DNA from: Gemmatimonadaceae bacterium
GTDB lineage: Bacteria; Gemmatimonadota; Gemmatimonadetes; Gemmatimonadales; Gemmatimonadaceae
DNA: 64,000 bases
NCBI GenBank assembly: GCA_044224875.1
Contig: JBGAJQ010000014.1
Coordinates: 1-64,000 of the forward strand
Direction of reading: 5' to 3'
Shown piece by piece: positions 58,339 to 64,000 of this stretch (position 1 is its first letter; every line of letters starts with the position of its first letter). The notes under the pieces were generated by a model. It made no database searches, had not been told where the DNA came from, and saw nothing but the letters and a program-made list of their open reading frames with translations. Position numbers and translations under genes: made by a program.

Positions 58339-60834
58339 CTACTTGGGGCGCTTGGCCCGTCTGGTGGGTTCAGCGGCGAGTGGATCATCGGGCCAGTAGT
58401 GTTTAGGGTAGCGCCCTCGCAGGTCTTTTCGCACGTCGAAGTATGACGACATCCAAAAACCACGGAGGTCTTGGGTCACCTGAACCGGCCGATGCGCAGG
58501 CGACAGGAGATGAAGGGTCACGGGCACGCGACCACGAAAGAGGCGCGGCGTATCCGATGCGCCGAACATCTCTTGAAGCCGAACGGCAAGCACCGGACTC
58601 GTGGGGTCCGAGTAGTCCACCGGAATCCGCGATCCCGTGGGAACAGTGAGGTGTGAGGGGGCGAGTTCATCCAAGGTTGCGCGCTGCCGCCAGTCGAGCA
58701 GGCTCGCCAAAGCTTCGGCCAAGTCGATCTTGTTCACGTCAGCTCCACGCCGGACTTCCTCCAGTCGAGGTCCGAGCCAGTGGTCGAGACCATCGATCAG
58801 TACCCGATCTGCCACGCTGGGCCACGCGGGATCGAGGAGGTGTGCGAACGCCAAGCGTTGGCGGAAGGAGATCGCCGCGTCGGTCCAGGGTAGGATGGAG
58901 AGTCCGCGCCGCGCGATCTCGGAACGCATCGCTGCGCGAACGAGGGCGGGATTCGGGTCTGACAGATGCGAGGATTCGAGGACGAGCGCTCCGAGTCGCG
59001 TCTCGCGCGTCGCACGAATCTCTCCCCGTTCGGCGTCCCAGACGATGACATCGTGGGTGCGGATGTCGGAGGCAAACTCCCTTCGAATGACCTCCTCTGC
59101 GATGGGTGCGGCGAGAAATACCGTGGCCTCCGGTCGTTTGCCGTCGGTGGCGGCGATCGCCAGCATCGGTTCGGCCCCCAAGTGGTCACCCTCCCGTACC
59201 AGGGCCGCTCCGCCTCCGCGTAACGCAAAGCGCGAGGTGCTCCCGGCGCGTCGCAGCCCGATGCGGTCTGGGTAAGCCAAGGCCACGAGGACACCGGTCC
59301 ATTCACTGTGGTCTTGTCCGTCAACCACACCAAGATCGCGTCTCCATCGGTTGGCCACGTCGCGCACGCGGTGAACGGCGCGCGCATCGATCTCGGGGAA
59401 ACTCCGCGGACTACGCAGGCCCTCCAGACGGAGACGGATGTCGCAAGGTGGCGGGGTGTCGCCGGATCGCATGATGTCCCGGTCATCCAGGAGCGCGGCG
59501 AGATCGGCGCCTAACGCGCCAACCCCGCGGTCGGTGGCGGCGCACATCATATGTGCAAGGCGTGGGTGCGCTCCAAGCGTTGCCATGCGACGTCCATGGG
59601 GGGTCGCGCGCGACGCAGGATCGATGGCGCCGAGTTCGAGAAGCAGTTCCCGAGCTTGCGCCAGTGCGGTGGCCGGCGGCACGTCGAGCCAGCGGAGTTC
59701 CGTGGGGTCGCCAATACCCGCGATCGCCAGATCCAGCGCCAGCGCGGCGAGGTCGGCATCGAGGATTTCCGGAGTCTGGAACGGCACGAGTTCAGCCGTT
59801 TCGTGCGCGTGCCACAGACGATAGCAAACACCCGGTGCTTCGCGCCCGGCGCGTCCGCGACGTTGGTCTGCGCCCGCCCGCGTCACACGAACTGTTTGCA
59901 GGCGTGACATGCCCGTGGCCGGTGAGAAGCGTGGCACGCGCGCCAATCCACCGTCAACTACAACACGCACACCCTCGATGGTAAGGCTCGTCTCGGCGAT
60001 CGATGTCGCCAACACGATCTTTCGCGTTCTGTCGGCCGACGCCGCGATGGCCCGGTCTTGTTCTTCGAGCGTGAGCGCGCCATGCAGTGGGACGATGTAC
60101 GTACCGGCCGGGAGTGTCCGTTCAGCGAGCGCCCTCGCTGCGTCATGGATTTCGCGTGTTCCTGGAAGGAAGACGAGCACGTCGCCGCGATGCTCGTGCA
60201 CGGCCCGCGTAACGACTTCGGGCACGCGAGTGAGTGGAGAAGTGCCCGGCCGTGGCGGATCGTAACGGGTCTCGACGGGGAACAGGTGACCTTCTGACTG
60301 CACCATCGGTGCGTTACCCAACACCGCGGCCACTCGCGATCCATCGAGCGTCGCCGACATGACGAGGATGCGTAGGTCTGGTCGAACGAGTTCCTGGGAG
60401 TAGAGCGTGAGCGCCAGTGCGACATCGGAGTTGAGCGAGCGCTCGTGGAATTCATCAAGGATGACGAGACCGATTCCGTCCAATGCTGGATCCGCGTGCA
60501 GCTGTCGGATCAGGACGCCTTCAGTGACGACCTCGATTCTCGTATGTCGCGAGACGCGGGAGTCGCCGCGTACCCGGTAACCGACCAACGAGCCGACGTC
60601 CTCGCCCCTCAGCCTGGACATCCGCTGGGCGGCTGCTCGCGCGGCGATGCGGCGCGGCTCCAGCATGATGACTCGCTTGCCGCCTAACCATCGTTCGTCG
60701 AGCAAGGCTAGCGGTACGTGGGTGGTCTTTCCGGCTCCGGGTGGAGCCTGCAAGACGGCGCAGGACTGCCCTCCGAGTACACGCTTGAGCTCGGGCAGGA
60801 TGTCGTCAACCGGTAGTACGTCGCGAGGGGACAC
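58339..60834 (-). CDS. hrpB: ATP-dependent helicase HrpB
   Basis: GAGKTT, DEFHER, MSAT, QRRGRAGR, RGRYPKHYWPDDP. Confidence 0.97.
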   Translation of the reverse strand: MSPRDVLPVDDILPELKRVLGGQSCAVLQAPPGAGKTTHVPLALLDERWLGGKRVIMLEPRRIAARAAAQRMSRLRGEDVGSLVGYRVRGDSRVSRHTRIEVVTEGVLIRQLHADPALDGIGLVILDEFHERSLNSDVALALTLYSQELVRPDLRILVMSATLDGSRVAAVLGNAPMVQSEGHLFPVETRYDPPRPGTSPLTRVPEVVTRAVHEHRGDVLVFLPGTREIHDAARALAERTLPAGTYIVPLHGALTLEEQDRAIAASADRTRKIVLATSIAETSLTIEGVRVVVDGGLARVPRFSPATGMSRLQTVRVTRAGADQRRGRAGREAPGVCYRLWHAHETAELVPFQTPEILDADLAALALDLAIAGIGDPTELRWLDVPPATALAQARELLLELGAIDPASRATPHGRRMATLGAHPRLAHMMCAATDRGVGALGADLAALLDDRDIMRSGDTPPPCDIRLRLEGLRSPRSFPEIDARAVHRVRDVANRWRRDLGVVDGQDHSEWTGVLVALAYPDRIGLRRAGSTSRFALRGGGAALVREGDHLGAEPMLAIAATDGKRPEATVFLAAPIAEEVIRREFASDIRTHDVIVWDAERGEIRATRETRLGALVLESSHLSDPNPALVRAAMRSEIARRGLSILPWTDAAISFRQRLAFAHLLDPAWPSVADRVLIDGLDHWLGPRLEEVRRGADVNKIDLAEALASLLDWRQRATLDELAPSHLTVPTGSRIPVDYSDPTSPVLAVRLQEMFGASDTPRLFRGRVPVTLHLLSPAHRPVQVTQDLRGFWMSSYFDVRKDLRGRYPKHYWPDDPLAAEPTRRAKRPK

Positions 60835-60963
60835 AGCAGCCAAGTTCTGCCGCAGGAGCGCAAAGTGGAAGCGCATCTCGCGAGAATGCGAGGTCGGCAG
60901 CAAGATTCACCGCGATGTACATGAGCCAGTGCAGTTCCCCGATCACCTTGTGGCAGGTTGCAC

Positions 60964-61854
60964 GTGCCTGAGCTGCCGGACGTCCAACTGTACGTGGAGG
61001 CATTGAGAGATCGCGTGGTCGGACACGCGCTCACGAGCGTTCGGCTCTCCAGTCCCTTCGTGCTGCGGAGCGTGGAGCCGCCCATTTCGGCAATTGTTGG
61101 CCGACACGTGCGCGGTGCGGATCGCCTGGGTAAGCGAATAGTCATGGCGTTCGACGGCGAGTTCTATGCCGTGATCCATCTCATGATCGCCGGACGTTTG
61201 CGCTGGCGCCCACCGGGTGGAAAGGCACCGGGCAAGCTTGGCCTGGCAACCTTCTCGTTTGCACACGGCGAGTTGATCCTCACTGAGGCAGGGACAAAAC
61301 GGCGCGCTTCGATACACCTGGTGCTCGGCAAGGAACAACTCGCACATATGGATCGCGGCGGACTCGAAGTCATGGGAAGCACGGTGGAGGACTTCGGCCG
61401 TCGACTGCGATCGGAGAACCACACGATCAAACGATCACTGACCGATCCACGACTATTCAGCGGCATCGGCAACGCGTACTCCGATGAGATCCTTCATCGC
61501 GCTCGCATGTCGCCGATGCTCCTGACCTCAAGGATGACGGATGCGCAGATCGACACACTGCATCGCGCGACGGTGACCGTGATGGACGAGTGGATCAGGC
61601 GATTGCGGGCCGAGGCGAACGGCGGGTTCCCGGAGAAGGTGACCGCCTTTCGGCCGGAGATGGCGGTGCACGGAAAGTTTCGCCAACCCTGTCCGACGTG
61701 TGGTGCGCCCGTGCAGCGGATTCGCTACGCGGACAATGAGACCAACTACTGTGCCAAGTGCCAGAACGAAGGACGCGTGTTGGCCGATCGTGCGCTTTCT
61801 CGATTGCTGAAGGAGGATTTCCCTCGCACACTGCAGGACATGGGAGAGGACTAG
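60964..61854 (+). CDS. Fpg/Nei family DNA glycosylase/AP lyase
   Basis: GTG start gives MPELPDV; GIGNAYSDE (H2TH); CPTC...CAKC zinc finger. Confidence 0.93.
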   Translation: MPELPDVQLYVEALRDRVVGHALTSVRLSSPFVLRSVEPPISAIVGRHVRGADRLGKRIVMAFDGEFYAVIHLMIAGRLRWRPPGGKAPGKLGLATFSFAHGELILTEAGTKRRASIHLVLGKEQLAHMDRGGLEVMGSTVEDFGRRLRSENHTIKRSLTDPRLFSGIGNAYSDEILHRARMSPMLLTSRMTDAQIDTLHRATVTVMDEWIRRLRAEANGGFPEKVTAFRPEMAVHGKFRQPCPTCGAPVQRIRYADNETNYCAKCQNEGRVLADRALSRLLKEDFPRTLQDMGED

Positions 61855-61960
61855 GCGTGCCGCCAGCGTCGGGTGACTCTTCGCGCTACATTCGAGCAGC
61901 CTAGGTGGCGAAGCCGGTGCCTCCGGTAGAACGACACCGAGGATTTGAGACGGAGCGACC

Positions 61961-63175
61961 ATGCGACGTTCCTGCCATCGCCTAACGCCGACACCCTTCT
62001 ACGCGATTCCCGGCCTTGTCTGGGCCATGATGCTACCGCTGGCAAACCTCTCTGCACAGCGAGGAGCGCCCGCACCGCGCGTGCTTGGGAAGCCGGCGGC
62101 GGAGTTGTCGGAGCCGTTTACACAGGTCACGGCGATTCGTGAACTCGCTGACGGTCGCGTGCTCGTCCTGGATGCGCAGGACAAGAGCATACAAGTCGTC
62201 GATTCGCGTTTGGCGACGGTCACCAAAGTTGGTCGTGAAGGGAGAGGGCCCGGAGAGTATTCGCGACCCCAACAACTGGTCCCGGGTCGCGGGGACTCCA
62301 CGCTCGTCTACGATGTGGGCGCCTTTCGCTATCTGTGGCTCGAGCCTGGTGGAAAGCCCGGCGGTACGGTTCCGCTCGTGCTGGCAGGTGATGCGGCGCT
62401 GAGTATTCCGGCGATCATTCGCGGCTTTGATCCGCAAGGGAGAATGGTGTTCCAGACCACGGGCGTCACCATGAAGAATGGTGCCCCCGTTTTCGGCGAC
62501 TCAACACCGATCGTCCGTCGCGACTTGAAGGGTGGCAAGCTGGACACGATTGCCTACGTACATACGGGCGCGTTGGCTCCCAAGATGAGCGGCTCTCCGA
62601 CGTCCGGCCTGAAGATCAGCGGGACAATGCCCGCGTTCCCTACGGTCGATGATTGGGGTGTTCTCCCTGACGGTCGCATCGTTGTCGTTCGCGGGAAGGA
62701 CTACCACGTCGACGTCGCCACGTCCGCGACGAGCATTCTATCGCTACCGGCAATCCCGTACGAGCGCTTCAAGGTGACAGAAACCGACAAGGAGAAGATG
62801 CGTGAGGCGACGCGAAAGACGCGTGAGCTGGCGAACAAGGCGATCGCCGACGCGATGTCGTCTGTGCCAAAGTCGCAGGCACCGCCGAAGGCCCCCACCA
62901 TGACCATCGACGAGCCCGCATCGTGGCCCACGGAGAAGCCGGCGTTTGGGCAGGGGGCCGTGACGGTTGCACCTAACGGCCGCGTGTGGGTCCGACGCCA
63001 CCGGGCGGCGTCGGATACGTTGCCACTCTATGATGTGCTCGACCTCAAAGGGCGTATCGAGTCGAGGGTGGCGTTGCCGTTCAAGGGTCGCATCGTTGGA
63101 TTCGGCCGCAGCTGGATGTACGTCGTTCGCATCGATGCCGATGACCTGGAGTATCTGGAGCGGTTCAAGCTGTAG
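61961..63175 (+). CDS. Exported beta-propeller-like hypothetical protein
   Basis: Signal-like segment; GREGRGPGEY, PDGR, PNGRVWV blade-like motifs. Confidence 0.75.
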   Translation: MRRSCHRLTPTPFYAIPGLVWAMMLPLANLSAQRGAPAPRVLGKPAAELSEPFTQVTAIRELADGRVLVLDAQDKSIQVVDSRLATVTKVGREGRGPGEYSRPQQLVPGRGDSTLVYDVGAFRYLWLEPGGKPGGTVPLVLAGDAALSIPAIIRGFDPQGRMVFQTTGVTMKNGAPVFGDSTPIVRRDLKGGKLDTIAYVHTGALAPKMSGSPTSGLKISGTMPAFPTVDDWGVLPDGRIVVVRGKDYHVDVATSATSILSLPAIPYERFKVTETDKEKMREATRKTRELANKAIADAMSSVPKSQAPPKAPTMTIDEPASWPTEKPAFGQGAVTVAPNGRVWVRRHRAASDTLPLYDVLDLKGRIESRVALPFKGRIVGFGRSWMYVVRIDADDLEYLERFKL

Positions 63176-63342
63176 CGGGCAGCGAGGCCTACCGATCGAA
63201 GATCTCGTTGGGGGTTGATGCCGGGAGTCAAGGCCCTGGCCTGTCGCTTGGCGACCCGTTGGTGCTTGCCGCATGGCCTCACCTGAGCGATTCTCCGTAG
63301 CGAAGTGGTGGTGGCCGTTGCGCTGCTCCACTTCCCTGATCG

Positions 63343-64000
63343 ATGGACATCTACCTTTTCTTCCTCGTCCTTGGTGGCGTTGGACTCGGCGCGATGGCGC
63401 TGAGCGGTGTCGCGCACTCCGTTACCCACGGGACGCAGAGCGGCGGTGACCACGCTGGCGGCGGCCACGGCGGCAGCCACCACGGAATCGGAAGTCACGG
63501 CCACGCGAGCGGCTCGATCGCTGGTGGTCACGGCGGGGCACTCTCTGGAAGCCATGTGCTCACCGGCACACCCGCCGACGGTGGTGAGAGCGATGCCAGT
63601 GACGCCGATGGCGACGGGGGAGGTGGCGTGCTACGCACCGCGCTAGCGGTCATCTCGCCGCGCATCCTCTTTTCCGTCGTTCTTGGACTCGGCGCCAGTG
63701 GCATCGTGCTGCGTCCCCTATTGCCCAGCGTCGTTCTGCCGTTCGCTGCATTCGCGGCGGGCGTGGCCTTTGAGCGAGCGATCGTGAATCCGATCTGGAA
63801 ATTCATGTTCCGCTTCGCATCGCGTCCCGCGGAAACGCTGGAGCATGCGATCACGCAACGGGCCCAGGCGGTCACGGCGTTCGACGGCAACGGCCAAGGC
63901 CTGGTTGCGGTGGAAGTGGACGGCCAGGTCGTTCAGCTGCTCGCCACGTTGCGAAGGAGCGACATCGAACTCGGCGTACGCGTTCGATCTGGCGACTTGG
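63343..64000 (+). CDS. Membrane protein with Gly/His-rich linker and C-terminal NfeD/YqiJ-like OB fold (runs off window)
   Basis: Not in track; MDIYLFFLVLGGVGLGAMAL, GGDHAGGGHGGSHHG, SPRILFS TM pair, GQGLVAVEVDGQVVQLLA. Confidence 0.7.
   Translation, partial: MDIYLFFLVLGGVGLGAMALSGVAHSVTHGTQSGGDHAGGGHGGSHHGIGSHGHASGSIAGGHGGALSGSHVLTGTPADGGESDASDADGDGGGGVLRTALAVISPRILFSVVLGLGASGIVLRPLLPSVVLPFAAFAAGVAFERAIVNPIWKFMFRFASRPAETLEHAITQRAQAVTAFDGNGQGLVAVEVDGQVVQLLATLRRSDIELGVRVRSGDL

Overview
Bacterial chromosome segment beginning next to the probable replication origin: partial dnaA (minus strand, two DnaA boxes upstream) divergent from rpmH-rnpA-yidD-yidC-mnmE. Gene content and high GC suggest Gemmatimonadota (my inference, not tested). 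About 1-23 kb is housekeeping (upp, beta-CASP nuclease, M16 peptidase pair, Nudix, ECF sigma/anti-sigma, holA, mutS, ddl, rhomboid, queF, tRNA-Phe). After the tRNA come NAD salvage genes, sahR-like/ahcY, a three-gene cyanophycin locus, a five-gene wecB/YaiO/GT2 polysaccharide operon followed by a PEP-CTERM gene, peptidases, an aldo-keto reductase/TIGR04076-like/NhaC cluster, hrpB and fpg. I saw no CRISPR array, IS or integrase. Best leads: (1) a CphA paralogue lacking the whole ATP-grasp domain, co-encoded with cphA/cphB; (2) the uncharacterised synthase-type exopolysaccharide operon with a membrane-anchored beta-helix protein; (3) a QueE-like protein without the radical-SAM cysteines near an atypical queF; (4) an orphan antisense sRNA candidate; (5) a possible sigma54-to-ECF cascade; (6) leaderless/bidirectional promoters. 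Two genes carry frameshifting deletions that may be assembly errors. All family calls are from motif recognition by eye; no searches were run.
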